From contig DATGOV010000020.1 in assembly GCA_035305585.1 (NCBI GenBank), forward strand, positions 39,325 through 103,324: a stretch of 64,000 nt of DNA, given 5' to 3'. Below the pieces are notes generated by a model that was not told where the DNA came from, made no database searches, and saw only the letters and a program-made list of their open reading frames with translations. Position 1 is the first letter of the stretch. The number at the start of each line of letters is the position of its first letter. The DNA comes from Acidimicrobiia bacterium (lineage in GTDB: Bacteria > Actinomycetota > Acidimicrobiia > Spongiisociales > ZC4RG35). The position numbers were made by a program, and so were the translations under genes. Shown here in pieces: positions 1-10,027 of the stretch.

Positions 1-226
1 CTGCAACGCCATCGATCTGACAGACGTGCTGCGCCGGCGGGATGCTCCGATGGGGAGTGTGTCGCGGCGATGCGCTCATGAGCACGTTCAGTTGGCTGCC
101 GCGATCGAAGAGCGCCGAGTCGAGGACGCTCGAGCCCTGATAACGACACACATCGAGACCGTGCATCAGCGCGTCCTCGACGACTTCATGGAGAGAACCT
201 CGTCTGCCGCAGGGGATGCCCAGTGA
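1..226 (+). CDS. GntR-family regulator, C-terminal (FCD-like) fragment; 5' end lies outside the window
   Basis: The reading frame is open from the window edge. The helical tail CAHEHVQLAAAIEERRVEDARALITTHIETVHQRV resembles an FCD effector domain. Its stop overlaps the next gene's start (GTGA). Confidence 0.4.
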   Translation, partial: CNAIDLTDVLRRRDAPMGSVSRRCAHEHVQLAAAIEERRVEDARALITTHIETVHQRVLDDFMERTSSAAGDAQ

Positions 227-1026
227 CGGAACGGGTGGCGATCGCCAGTCTCGGGGCCGTCGGGCGAGTGATCGCCCGCCAAGTCAGCGAGAAGCTCCCC
301 GAGTATCGACTCTCGGCCGTGACCGCCCGCCGTCTGGACCGTGCCCGCGACTTCGTGCGGTCTCACGGCCTGGCCGCCGACGTCGTCGGGTTGGAAAGGA
401 TCTCCGAGAACGCCGACATCGTCATCGAATGTGCGCCTGCCCAGGTCTACAGAGAGATCGCCGAGCCCGTGATCGAGTCGGGCAAGACATTGATCACGCT
501 GAGTGTCGGTGCCCTTCTCGACCATTGGGACCTCGTGGACGTGGCGCGCGCCACGGGTGGCCGGATCCTCGTGCCTTCCGGAGCGATCCTCGCTCTCGAT
601 GCGGTCCAGGGCGTGAGCGAAGGCGTGGTGCACTCGGTGCGAATGGTGACCCGCAAACCGTTGGCGGGCCTCCGTGGAGCGCCGTTTCTCGAACGGCAGG
701 GGATCGATCTCGACCATGTCACAGAGCCGACGTTGCTTTTCGAGGGTACGGCCCGAGAAGCGGTCTCGGGCTTCCCCGCCAACCTCAACGTGTCGGTCGC
801 CCTCTCGCTGGCAGGGGTCGGACCGGACAAGACATTCATCGAGGTATGGGCAGATCCGACGGTGGAGCACAACACGCACCGGATCCAGGTGGATTCCGAT
901 TCGGCGAAGCTCGATTTCACGATCCAGAACATTCCGTCGGAGAACCCGGCCACCGGAAGGCTGACACCGTTGAGTGTCGTCGCGCTCCTACGAAAGCTGG
1001 CCAGTCCTCTTCAGATAGGCACCTGA
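223..1026 (+). CDS. L-aspartate dehydrogenase family protein
   Basis: 267 aa. N-terminal Rossmann segment VAIASLGAVG; C-terminal NLNVSVALSLAG...WADP...HNTHRIQV is typical of NadX-type aspartate dehydrogenases. Confidence 0.75.
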   Translation: MTERVAIASLGAVGRVIARQVSEKLPEYRLSAVTARRLDRARDFVRSHGLAADVVGLERISENADIVIECAPAQVYREIAEPVIESGKTLITLSVGALLDHWDLVDVARATGGRILVPSGAILALDAVQGVSEGVVHSVRMVTRKPLAGLRGAPFLERQGIDLDHVTEPTLLFEGTAREAVSGFPANLNVSVALSLAGVGPDKTFIEVWADPTVEHNTHRIQVDSDSAKLDFTIQNIPSENPATGRLTPLSVVALLRKLASPLQIGT

Positions 1027-1054
1027 TTCTCGCGTAACGCTCGGAGGGATATAC

Positions 1055-1831
1055 GTGGACCTAGGAATAGCTGACCGTACTGCCATCGTCACAGGGGCCG
1101 GTGGAGGCCTCGGCGGCGCCATCGTCAAGGCGCTGGCCGGTGAAGGCGCCAAAGTCGCTGCCTGCGACATCTCGGCCGAAGCATTGGAGAAGACGGTCGC
1201 GGAATCCGATGGGAGAGTCAGCCCCTATGCGTTCGATCTAGCCGACCTGGGAGCGTTGGAATCCGTCGTCGAGCGGGTGAGATCGGATCTGGGCACGCCT
1301 TCGATCCTCGTGGGCATCACAGGCGGCCCGCCACCGGCAGCGGCATTGGAGACACGCGTCGAGGACTGGGAGAAGTACTTCCGCGCCCTCGTCTCCCCTG
1401 TCATCCGGCTCGCGGGCCTGTTGCTCCCGGACATGCGAACCCAGGGTTGGGGCCGGATCATCACGAGCACCTCTTCCGGCGTGGTGACGCCCATACCGAA
1501 TCTCGCCCTCTCCAACGGGCTGCGCTCCTCACTCGTGGGATGGTCGAAGACCCTGGCAGGTGAGGTCGCCGAAGATGGCGTGACGGTCAATGTCGTCGTG
1601 CCCGGACGGATCGAAACCCAGCGAGTCCGCGCCCTGGATGAGGCGAAGGCGAAACGTGAGGGTCTCCCGGTTGAAGAGGTGACCGCCGCGAGCACCGCCA
1701 CCATTCCCGCTCGCCGATACGGAAGACCGGACGAGTACGCCGACGTCGTGGTGTTCCTCGCCAGCGAGAGGGCCTCGTACGTCAACGGAGCGATGATCCG
1801 CGTCGACGGCGGATTGATCCCGAGCATCTAG
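1055..1831 (+). CDS. SDR-family oxidoreductase
   Basis: TGAGGGLGGAIV dinucleotide motif, 258 aa, classical short-chain dehydrogenase layout. Confidence 0.8.
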   Translation: MDLGIADRTAIVTGAGGGLGGAIVKALAGEGAKVAACDISAEALEKTVAESDGRVSPYAFDLADLGALESVVERVRSDLGTPSILVGITGGPPPAAALETRVEDWEKYFRALVSPVIRLAGLLLPDMRTQGWGRIITSTSSGVVTPIPNLALSNGLRSSLVGWSKTLAGEVAEDGVTVNVVVPGRIETQRVRALDEAKAKREGLPVEEVTAASTATIPARRYGRPDEYADVVVFLASERASYVNGAMIRVDGGLIPSI

Positions 1832-1842
1832 GAGACATCACA

Positions 1843-2511
1843 GTGGACGCAGCACAGCGGAAGGAGATCCGAGAGCGCTTCTTGGCGGTCGATGCCGCGA
1901 ACGTGGCGGACGTGCTCGACGAGCTCGGCCATGGCAACTACGGCTTGTCATCGGAGATCCAAGGCATCACCGGCGAACGGATCGCGGGCTGGGCCTACAC
2001 GATCGCCGGGCAAATGATCCCCTACGAGGGGAGCGGCGACCCGAAGAAGATGGAGGCATGCCACGGCATCGGGCCGGATGAGATCTCCGTCTGGAGCGGC
2101 GCAGGTGAGGGGGTCTGCTACTTCGGGGAGCTGATCGCGCTGGGCATGAGAGAGCGAGGTTCGGTCGGCGCGATCGTCGACGGAGGGATCAGAGACACCC
2201 GCGCTCTCCGAGAACACGGATTTCCTGTGTTCGGGGCATACCGCACAGCGGTCCAATCGATCGGTCGCTGGCGTGTCACCGACTACCAGCAACCGGTGTA
2301 CCTGCCGGGGGCGACCACGGCTCGGGTCGTAGTGCGTCCCGGCGACTTCGTTCTCGGAGACGAGGACGGAGCAATCGTCATCCCCGCCGAGCTCGTTCCT
2401 GAAGTGCTCGGCAAGGCGGAGCGAATGACGCAAACGGAGCAGGAGGTGCGAGGAGCCATCAGGGATGGGATGTCCCTCGAGGATGCCCTCGATGAGTTCG
2501 GGCACGTCTGA
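1843..2511 (+). CDS. RraA-family protein (HMG/CHA-aldolase-like)
   Basis: ANVADVLDELG and GAIVDGGIRD motifs; 222 aa. Confidence 0.7.
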   Translation: MDAAQRKEIRERFLAVDAANVADVLDELGHGNYGLSSEIQGITGERIAGWAYTIAGQMIPYEGSGDPKKMEACHGIGPDEISVWSGAGEGVCYFGELIALGMRERGSVGAIVDGGIRDTRALREHGFPVFGAYRTAVQSIGRWRVTDYQQPVYLPGATTARVVVRPGDFVLGDEDGAIVIPAELVPEVLGKAERMTQTEQEVRGAIRDGMSLEDALDEFGHV

Positions 2512-2550
2512 GAAGCAGACGCGCCAACGAAGAAGGAGGAGAGGCACAAA

Positions 2551-3585
2551 GTGAAGAAGAGCGCTCGCAGTCTGATAGTTGGGGCGACAGTCATGGCAGC
2601 CGTGGTGGCGGCCTGTGGTGGTTCGCCGGCAGGTTCCGCCACCGATGACACTCAAGCGGCCACCAGCGGCGAGTCCGTCGTCATCACCGTCGAACCTTCG
2701 GCAATTCCGGCGTTCGTGGCTGAGCGGGAGGGATTCTTCGGCGACATCGATGTCGAGGTGACCACCGTCGGGTACGAGGAAGCGGAGAGCCTCCTGCTGG
2801 CGGGCCAGACCCACATCGCGTGGATGGGTCCCCTGGATGTCGCCAAGTTCGTTTCGGAAGGCGAGGAATTCCGCTACCTCTCGACGGCCGGTGCACTCAA
2901 CATGTACAACGGGATCGTTGTCCGCGCCGAAGACGGAGACGTCTACAACGATGTGACTGATCTCGTCGGGAAGCGCCTCGGTATCCCCGGCTTCGGAACC
3001 GGCACGTGGGCGACGTTCGACGTCTTCGCTCGGAGTGTCTTCGACATCGCCTCGCCCGAAGACGACTTCGAGATCGTCACCGCCGACTCCGGCGCTTTGC
3101 TCGCCATGCTGGAACGCGGCGAGATCGATGGGGCTCTTCTGTTCGCGGCTCAGTCGGCGGCCGGCCGGTACATGGAGCAGTTCAAGACCGTCTTCAGCTT
3201 CACAGAAGCCATGCAGGAGGAGTACGGCGTGCCTCTTGTGGTCAACGGGCCTGCCGCGACTCGTGAATGGATCGAAGCCAATCCCGACACCGTCGACGCC
3301 ATCGTGAGTGGGCTGGACCAGGCGGTGGCATGGATGAAGGACAACCCGGAGGCGTTCGACGTCGACGGGAAGTACGCCGACCTCGGTGAAGGGGACGGCT
3401 GGCACAACTCCGAGGAGACGACGGCAGGAATCCTCGCGCTCGTCGGTGAGGGCGAGTGGTACCGGACCTCCAACGATTTCACGGACGAGTGGCAGTCCGC
3501 CGTCTACGAGATCATCCAGGCCGGAGAAGGCAGCCTGGTCGACAGCGTTCCGCCCATGGAGGAAATATTCGCCGATGCCGGCTGA
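2551..3585 (+). CDS. ABC transporter substrate-binding lipoprotein (NMT1/SsuA/TauA-like)
   Basis: Signal peptide with lipobox VAAC-G. Lies immediately upstream of permease, ATPase and permease genes. Confidence 0.7.
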   Translation: MKKSARSLIVGATVMAAVVAACGGSPAGSATDDTQAATSGESVVITVEPSAIPAFVAEREGFFGDIDVEVTTVGYEEAESLLLAGQTHIAWMGPLDVAKFVSEGEEFRYLSTAGALNMYNGIVVRAEDGDVYNDVTDLVGKRLGIPGFGTGTWATFDVFARSVFDIASPEDDFEIVTADSGALLAMLERGEIDGALLFAAQSAAGRYMEQFKTVFSFTEAMQEEYGVPLVVNGPAATREWIEANPDTVDAIVSGLDQAVAWMKDNPEAFDVDGKYADLGEGDGWHNSEETTAGILALVGEGEWYRTSNDFTDEWQSAVYEIIQAGEGSLVDSVPPMEEIFADAG

Positions 3586-4459
3586 CGCGCCGACGCTCGA
3601 CCAGAAGCCAAACGCCGACGGCGGCATGACGCCGGCGTCGGAAGGCTCGGGACACGGTGCTCGAGAGCACCGTGTCCCGAGGTGGCTGCGACCCTGGATT
3701 CCGATGGGCGTGCTGGTCGTCGTGTGGTGGGTCGTAACCGACTTGGTGCTCCAGAAGCCGCGTATCTACCCGACTCCGCAGTTGGTGGCAGGCGAGCTGG
3801 GTCGAATCCTCTCGGGGGAGAGCCCGCTGGGGTCTACCTACGCCCACGCCGGCGCCACCCTCGCCAGGCTCCTGGTGGCATTCCTGGCCGCCTTCGTCAT
3901 CGGCACGGTGCTCGGGATCGTCGCGGGACGAGTGAAGTCTCTCTTCGACTTCTCCAACAGCCTCGTTTGGATCGGCTTGGCGGTGCCGTCGGTCGTCTGG
4001 GTGTTCGTCTTCCTGGTCGTCTTTGGAATCGGCGATGTGGTCCCAGTGGTCGCATTGGTCGTGATGCTCACGACGCCTGTCTTCCTGGGGTCGGCCGAGG
4101 GCGCCAAGGCCATCGACAGAGAACTACTCGAAATGGCGGCGTCCTATCGAGCCGATTGGAGGTCACGGCTGAGAGATCTCTATCTGCCAGCGATCCTGCC
4201 GTTCATGCTCGCCAACGGTCGCGTCGCGTTCGCCCTCGGGATCAAGGTCGTGATCATCGCCGAGGTCGTCGGCCTTCCGAACGGCATCGGTCTTCTCGTG
4301 AAGTACTGGAAGGACCAGCTCTACATGGCCCCAGTCGTCGCCTGGGGCGTGTTGCTCATCGTGATGGGCTTCGTCGTGGATAGGTGGCTGTTCGGGTACT
4401 TCGAGAAGCGCAGTCTCCGCCGTACGGGAGCCCGCGTGTCTGTCGTGTCCGCCGAGTGA
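3575..4459 (+). CDS. ABC transporter permease (NitT/TauT family)
   Basis: Multi-TM protein. ATG 3575 overlaps the SBP stop. The longer ORF-track start at 3386 lies inside the SBP gene and is rejected. Confidence 0.75.
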   Translation: MPADAPTLDQKPNADGGMTPASEGSGHGAREHRVPRWLRPWIPMGVLVVVWWVVTDLVLQKPRIYPTPQLVAGELGRILSGESPLGSTYAHAGATLARLLVAFLAAFVIGTVLGIVAGRVKSLFDFSNSLVWIGLAVPSVVWVFVFLVVFGIGDVVPVVALVVMLTTPVFLGSAEGAKAIDRELLEMAASYRADWRSRLRDLYLPAILPFMLANGRVAFALGIKVVIIAEVVGLPNGIGLLVKYWKDQLYMAPVVAWGVLLIVMGFVVDRWLFGYFEKRSLRRTGARVSVVSAE

Positions 4460-4469
4460 GGAGTCTTCC

Positions 4470-5258
4470 GTGGGTGAGATCGAGCTCCGAAACGTTTCCC
4501 TGTCCTTTCCCAATCCCAAGTCGCCCGAGCCGAACGTCGTCTACGAGAACTTCAGCATCAAGATCGAGAAGGGGAGTTTCACGTTCCTCCTCGGACCGTC
4601 CGGGTGCGGGAAGTCGACTTTCCTCAACATCATCAACGGCTTGCTGACACCGACGTCTGCCGACGCGGTCCTGGTGGACGGGCAGGACATTCGCAGGCAC
4701 CCGGAGTTGACCCGTCGGATGGGATACGTGTTCCAGGGTCCGCGCCTCTTGCCTTGGAAGACGCTGCGCGAGAACGTCGAGTTCGGCCTGAAGGGTCTAG
4801 GAGTACAACCGAAAGAGCGGTGGCCGGAGCTCATCGAGAAATACTTCGCAATGGCAGGGCTCTCGAAGTTCATGGACCACTATCCGAGCCAGGTGTCAGG
4901 CGGTATGCAACAGCGTGCCGCCATCGTCCGGGCTTGGGTGAACGAGCCTGAGATCCTGCTGATGGACGAGCCATTCAGCCATCTGGACGAGATCACAGCA
5001 GCGGAGCTGCGCTCCGAGCTGGTCTCCTTGTGGGCCCGAGAGGAAGAACGGCGGACCATCGTCTTCGTCACACACAACATCAGCGAAGCGGCTCAGATGG
5101 CTTCCGATGTCGTCGTGCTCACCCCCACTCCGTCGCAGATCTGCTACCGCCGCACGATCGACATTCCCTGGCCCCGCACCAGCACCGACGACGCGGTGTT
5201 CGAGATCGAAAAGGAGTTGCGTCACGTATTCGCCGAGCGCGCCGGTGTGCGGGTCTGA
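4470..5258 (+). CDS. ABC transporter ATP-binding protein
   Basis: Walker A GPSGCGKST, signature VSGGMQQR, Walker B LLMDEPFSHLD. Confidence 0.9.
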   Translation: MGEIELRNVSLSFPNPKSPEPNVVYENFSIKIEKGSFTFLLGPSGCGKSTFLNIINGLLTPTSADAVLVDGQDIRRHPELTRRMGYVFQGPRLLPWKTLRENVEFGLKGLGVQPKERWPELIEKYFAMAGLSKFMDHYPSQVSGGMQQRAAIVRAWVNEPEILLMDEPFSHLDEITAAELRSELVSLWAREEERRTIVFVTHNISEAAQMASDVVVLTPTPSQICYRRTIDIPWPRTSTDDAVFEIEKELRHVFAERAGVRV

Positions 5259-5270
5259 GGAGGGAAAGCG

Positions 5271-6014
5271 ATGGTTGCTCTGAAGGAGAGGTCCCTACAG
5301 CTTCTCTCGCTCGTCGTCGCCGTGTTGATCTGGGAGATCGTTGCTCGAGCAGTGGACCTCTCCTCGGCGATTCCCTCGCCTCTGGTCGTGTTCGAGTCCC
5401 TGTGGAATCTGGTGACCTCGGGCAAGGCCTGGGGACCGCTGACGGCGACCATTGCGAGGACGCTGATGGGCTTCCTGCTCGGCTTCGTCGCAGGCGTAGC
5501 CTACGGCGTCACGGTCTATGCCAAGCCCATCGTCGGTGATTACTCGCGAGGAATCTTCAACACCGCGATGTTCGCTCCGACACTCATAATCATCTTCTTG
5601 GGTCTCGTCATGTTCGGCCTGAGCAATCTCACCGTCGTGCTCATCGTCGGTTTCGTCATCTCGACCGACGTCGGTGTGTACATGCGAGACGCCTTCCAAA
5701 ACTTCGATGAGGAGCTCGCGGCGATGGCTCGTTCGTACAAGGCGAAGTTCATCCAACGAGTCCGGGATGTGTACTTCCCATTCCTGGTTCCTCCGATGCT
5801 GGCCGCGGGACGCATCGGCTTCAGCCTGGCCTGGAAAGTGGCGTTCCTGTGCGAGGTCTTCGGTTTCCCGAATGGACTGGGGTGGGAAGTGCGGGCCAGC
5901 TACCGGATCTACGACATGACCGGGCTTCTCGCCTGGCTGTTGGTCTTCATCATCACGTTGCTCGTGGTCGAACAGGTCATACGGGCATCGGAGAAGGCCC
6001 TCGTGAGGTGGTGA
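5271..6014 (+). CDS. ABC transporter permease (second subunit)
   Basis: Six-TM-like hydrophobic profile, paralogous in layout to 3575-4459. Confidence 0.75.
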   Translation: MVALKERSLQLLSLVVAVLIWEIVARAVDLSSAIPSPLVVFESLWNLVTSGKAWGPLTATIARTLMGFLLGFVAGVAYGVTVYAKPIVGDYSRGIFNTAMFAPTLIIIFLGLVMFGLSNLTVVLIVGFVISTDVGVYMRDAFQNFDEELAAMARSYKAKFIQRVRDVYFPFLVPPMLAAGRIGFSLAWKVAFLCEVFGFPNGLGWEVRASYRIYDMTGLLAWLLVFIITLLVVEQVIRASEKALVRW

Positions 6015-6019
6015 ACGGC

Positions 6020-6676
6020 ATGAACGCCTCAGAACGACCGGTGGGGCGGTTCGCTCCGGAAGACTCTCTGGTGGTGATCGTCGACGTGCAGAACGACTTC
6101 TGCCATCCCGACGGCACCATGTCAGGCCGCGGCAAGGACCTCTCGTTCGTTCACGAGGCCGTGCCGAAGATCCAGGAGCTGATAGCGGCAGCCCGCGAGC
6201 GCGACATTCCCGTAGTGTTCGTCCGAACGGCACATGACGACGTGCTGGACTCTGTCGTCTGGCGCCACAGGTTCCAGGACGGCACGGGAGCTCCCTACGT
6301 ACCGGCTGAGCCCAACTGCGTCACCGACAGCTGGGGAGCGGAGCTGTACGAGATCGAGCCGTCTCCCGAGGAGGCGGTGGTGACCAAGAGTCGCTACAGC
6401 GCTTTTAGTTCGCCGCAGTTCATCGAGACCGTGGCCGGGATCGGACGTCGATCTCTGTTCTTCGCAGGAGTGGCCACCAATGTATGCGTGGAGAGCTCGG
6501 CACGCGACGCCGTGGATCACGACTACTTCGCATCCATCGTGTCCGACGCCAGCGCCGCCTACCGGGAAGACGAGCATTCCGCTGCTCTGTCGGCCTTTGC
6601 GGAGCACTTCGGTCGGACCGTGACCGTGGAGGAGCTCCTAGGCCGATGGGACGCGGAGTCAGCAGCCGCCGGCTGA
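6020..6676 (+). CDS. Isochorismatase-family cysteine hydrolase
   Basis: VVIVDVQNDFCHPDG and GVATNVCVESSARDA motifs. The ATG at 6020 is in frame within ORF 5849-6676, whose 5' part overlaps the permease gene. Confidence 0.8.
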   Translation: MNASERPVGRFAPEDSLVVIVDVQNDFCHPDGTMSGRGKDLSFVHEAVPKIQELIAAARERDIPVVFVRTAHDDVLDSVVWRHRFQDGTGAPYVPAEPNCVTDSWGAELYEIEPSPEEAVVTKSRYSAFSSPQFIETVAGIGRRSLFFAGVATNVCVESSARDAVDHDYFASIVSDASAAYREDEHSAALSAFAEHFGRTVTVEELLGRWDAESAAAG

Positions 6677-6759
6677 ACCATCCCGTCCTGTGACCCTCCA
6701 TCCCGAGGGGCCACGGAGTAGCAAGGGCCACTCGGTGCAGTGCGATACGCTGAGACCAC

Positions 6760-7476
6760 ATGGCGATCCGCAACGACCAGGGCATCGTGCTGCGCGGCTA
6801 CCCGTTCGGTGAGGCCGACCGCGTCGTGGTGCTCCTCAGTCCCAACCACGGCAAGCTGCGCACGGTCGCCAAGGGAGTTCGCAAGACGACGAGCCGGTTC
6901 GGCGGGCGGCTGGAGCCGTTCACCCACGTCGACCTAGTCCTGTACGAGGGCAAGAACCTCGACACGATCACCCAGGTGTCGATCATCGAGGGCTTCCCCC
7001 GCCTCCGCGCCGACCTGGATCGGGTCGTGGTGGCGGGAAGCATGGTGGAAGCGGTCGATGCCGTCGCCCAAGAGGACCAATCCTCGCTGCGGCTGTTCCT
7101 GTTGCTCCAGCGGGGGCTGCGCGCCCTCGACGCCGGCATCGTCGGCACCCACCTGATCACCTCCTTCCTCCTCAAGCTCGCCGGCGTGGTCGGAGTGGCG
7201 CCGGCGCTCGACTCCTGTGCCGCCTGCGGGCGGCAGGAGGACCTCGCCACGTTCTCCTTCTCCAGCGGCGGTGTCCTCTGCCAACGCTGTAGGGGCGATC
7301 GGGGGATGAGACTGCGCCCCGGGCTCACCGACTACATGGCCGCCCTCGAACGCGCCGAGTTCACGGAGCTTCCCGAGGCGGAGACAGCGGTGATGGCGGA
7401 TGCGATGGGAGTCGCCCGCCGGTTCGTCGAGTACCACCTGGATCGCTCCCTGACCTCGTTGGCGGTGCTGGGGTGA
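6760..7476 (+). CDS. recO: DNA repair protein RecO
   Basis: N-terminal OB region GIVLRGYPFGEADRVVVLLS..GKLRTVAKGVRK; C-terminal Cys motif CAACG...CQRC. Confidence 0.9.
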   Translation: MAIRNDQGIVLRGYPFGEADRVVVLLSPNHGKLRTVAKGVRKTTSRFGGRLEPFTHVDLVLYEGKNLDTITQVSIIEGFPRLRADLDRVVVAGSMVEAVDAVAQEDQSSLRLFLLLQRGLRALDAGIVGTHLITSFLLKLAGVVGVAPALDSCAACGRQEDLATFSFSSGGVLCQRCRGDRGMRLRPGLTDYMAALERAEFTELPEAETAVMADAMGVARRFVEYHLDRSLTSLAVLG

Positions 7477-8228
7477 GCCTCGACCTGTCGGGAATCGACC
7501 TAAAACGCGTCCCCCGCCACGTCGGGCTGATCCTCGACGGCAACGGGCGGTGGGCCAACGCCCGGGGGTTGCCCCGCACCGCCGGCCACCTCGCCGGTGA
7601 AGCGGCGTTGTTCGACACCGTCGAAGGCGCACTCGAGCTCGGCATCGAGTGGCTGACTGCCTTCACCTTCTCGACGGAGAACTGGACTCGGTCCGATGAG
7701 GAGGTCGAGTTCCTCATGTGGTTCAACGAGGATCTGCTCCTCCGTCGCCGCGACGAACTGCACGAGCAGGGTGTGCGGATGCTCTTCGCCGGCGACATGG
7801 ACGACCCGCGGATCCCCGACCGGAACCGGCGCCACATGGCGGAAGCGGCGACGATGACGGCCGGCAACGGCCGCCTGAATCTCGTCTTCGCGTTCAACTA
7901 CGGCAGCCGGCGCGAGATCGCCCGAGCCGCCGCCCAGATCGCCGCCGAAGCGGCTCGAGGCCTCCTCGACCCGGACGCCGTCGACGAGGAGACCGTCGCC
8001 GCCCACCTGTGGATACCCGAGATGCCCGACGTCGACCTCGTCATCCGCTCCTCGGGGGAGCACCGGCTCTCGAATTTCCTCCTGTGGCAGTCGGCGTACG
8101 CCGAGTTCTGGTTCCCGGGAATCCTGTGGCCCGACTTCAACCGGCAGCACCTCGCCGACGCCGTTCGTGAGTACCAGGCTCGGGAACGGCGGTTCGGATC
8201 CGCCCGCGACGCCGTCGACGGAGCGTGA
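7473..8228 (+). CDS. uppS: Isoprenyl (Z-prenyl/undecaprenyl) diphosphate synthase
   Basis: HVGLILDGNGRWA, FTFSTENW and IRSSGEHRLSNFLLWQSAYAEF motifs. Overlaps the recO stop; the recO-uppS order matches actinobacterial synteny. Confidence 0.9.
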   Translation: MSLDLSGIDLKRVPRHVGLILDGNGRWANARGLPRTAGHLAGEAALFDTVEGALELGIEWLTAFTFSTENWTRSDEEVEFLMWFNEDLLLRRRDELHEQGVRMLFAGDMDDPRIPDRNRRHMAEAATMTAGNGRLNLVFAFNYGSRREIARAAAQIAAEAARGLLDPDAVDEETVAAHLWIPEMPDVDLVIRSSGEHRLSNFLLWQSAYAEFWFPGILWPDFNRQHLADAVREYQARERRFGSARDAVDGA

Positions 8229-8231
8229 GGA

Positions 8232-8891
8232 TCAGTCCCCGGGCTTGACGAGGCCGCTCTCGTAGGCGGCGATGACGAGACCCGCCCGGTCGTGGACACC
8301 GAGCTTCGTCATGGTCCGGTTGACGTGCGTCTTCACCGTCGCCGGGCTGAGGTAGAGCTCGTCGGCGATCTCGATGTTCGACTTCCCGGCGGCGACGAGA
8401 GCGAGGATCTCCCGCTCCCGATCGGTGAGTCCGTCGAGCATCTCCTCGCGTCCGGTGTTGAGGCTGTCGGCGAACGTCTCGAGCAGGCGACGAGTCACAG
8501 CGGGTGCGAGCAGGGCGTCGCCGCCTGCGACCACTCGGATCGCCCTGCGCAGATCGTCGGGCTCCACGTCTTTCAGGAGGAAGCCGGCCGCTCCGACTTT
8601 CAGTGACTCGAAGACCAGCTCGTCGTCGTCGAAGGTCGTGAGCATGATGACCCGCGTATCCGCCAACGCCGGATCAGCGACGATCCGCCGAGTGGCTTCG
8701 ATCCCGTCCATCTCCGGCATGCGGATGTCCATCAGGACGACGTCCGGGCGCAGACGGCGAGCCTCCGCCACCGCCTCCCGGCCGTCGGCCACCTCGCCCA
8801 CCACTTCCATGTCGTCGGTTCGGCGGATGAGCTGGGAAAGACCGGCTCGGACCAGGGTCTGGTCGTCGACGATCAGGACTTCGATGCTCAC
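8232..8891 (-). CDS. NarL/LuxR-family response regulator
   Basis: Receiver domain (VLMDIRMPEMDG) plus LuxR HTH (LTDREREILALVAAGKSNIEIADELYLSPATVKTHV). Confidence 0.9.
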   Translation of the reverse strand: MSIEVLIVDDQTLVRAGLSQLIRRTDDMEVVGEVADGREAVAEARRLRPDVVLMDIRMPEMDGIEATRRIVADPALADTRVIMLTTFDDDELVFESLKVGAAGFLLKDVEPDDLRRAIRVVAGGDALLAPAVTRRLLETFADSLNTGREEMLDGLTDREREILALVAAGKSNIEIADELYLSPATVKTHVNRTMTKLGVHDRAGLVIAAYESGLVKPGD

Positions 8892-9994
8892 CGTGGGATC
8901 CTCGCCGCTACTCGGAACCCGCCGCCATCGGCGGCGCCGGCCTCCAGTTTGCCTCCCAACGCCTCCGCCCGTTCGCGCATCCCCCGGATGCCATGGCCCT
9001 CGACGAAGTCGCCACTTCCCTGGCCGTCGTCAGTGACCTCCACGGACACCTCGTCAGGTCCGTGCACCACGGAGACCTTCGCCTTGGACGCACCCGAGTG
9101 GCGGATGACGTTGGTCAGTGATTCCCTCACGATCGAGGCGACGACCATCTCGGTCTCCGGGTCGGCGGGTTCGCCCTCCACTTCGAGGTCCACATCGAGT
9201 CCCCGGATCCCCGACACGAGCGTCTCGAGATCGGGTGGGGAAGCCGGCAGCGACCTCAGGCTCCCCACCGTTTCGCGTAGCTGGCCGATGGCGTCCGACG
9301 TTGCATCGATGATCGCGCGGATCGAGCGGCGCGCCTCGTTGGTGTCGGTGTCGAGGACTTCCTCGGCCACCCGCGCCTGAACGCCGATCCCGGCCAACGA
9401 GTGGGCGACGATGTCGTGGATCTCCCGGGCGATGTAGAGGCGCTGTTCGGTGAGACGAGTCCGGGCCTCGGCGTCCCGTTCGGCGGCGACGGCCCGCTCC
9501 CGCTCGCGGATCTCACGCTCCAGCAGCCGATGGTTGAGGATCATCGCCCCTGCCAGGATCACCGTCACCGCGACGAAGATCTCGGTGATCAGATCGGAGA
9601 ACGTGGCCAGGACATCGGACTCCGGTTCGTATACGAACCGCCAGTAGGACGAGCCGGCGATGACGCCGCCGGCCACCCAGCTCGCCGCCTTCCACTGTCC
9701 CAACAGCGCGGCGTTGAACAGAGCGGGAGCGATCGGCCAGGTCGCGCCCACCGCCCCGAACCCGTGGAGGTAGTAGATGCACAAGACAGCCAGGCTGGCG
9801 TAGAGGACGCCGAGGGGATATCTCCTCCGCACCAGGAGGAGGGCGCCCATGAGGACCATGAGACCGTAGGCGCGCCAGTCGGGAGGTCGAGCCTCCGCTT
9901 CCCAAGGTGTGGCGACCCGCAGGCACAGTGCGCCCGCCACGACGACCGCGGCGAGCGCATCTGTCGACCAACGCCGAGTGGCACTTCTGTCCAC
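8888..9994 (-). CDS. Membrane sensor histidine kinase (HisKA_3 type)
   Basis: Multi-TM N-terminus, H-box IAREIHDIVAHSL, HATPase motifs NVIRHS and GHGIRGMRERA. 4-nt overlap with the regulator gene. Confidence 0.9.
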   Translation of the reverse strand: MDRSATRRWSTDALAAVVVAGALCLRVATPWEAEARPPDWRAYGLMVLMGALLLVRRRYPLGVLYASLAVLCIYYLHGFGAVGATWPIAPALFNAALLGQWKAASWVAGGVIAGSSYWRFVYEPESDVLATFSDLITEIFVAVTVILAGAMILNHRLLEREIRERERAVAAERDAEARTRLTEQRLYIAREIHDIVAHSLAGIGVQARVAEEVLDTDTNEARRSIRAIIDATSDAIGQLRETVGSLRSLPASPPDLETLVSGIRGLDVDLEVEGEPADPETEMVVASIVRESLTNVIRHSGASKAKVSVVHGPDEVSVEVTDDGQGSGDFVEGHGIRGMRERAEALGGKLEAGAADGGGFRVAARIPR

Positions 9995-10027
9995 CGCGTC
10001 ACGTTATCCGTCCCGGGCTTCGTCGGC

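Noticed and set aside
1948-3627. 559-aa minus-strand ORF antisense to the RraA-like and SBP genes
   Set aside because: Same shadow-ORF reasoning. The plus-strand genes carry clear motifs and operon logic.
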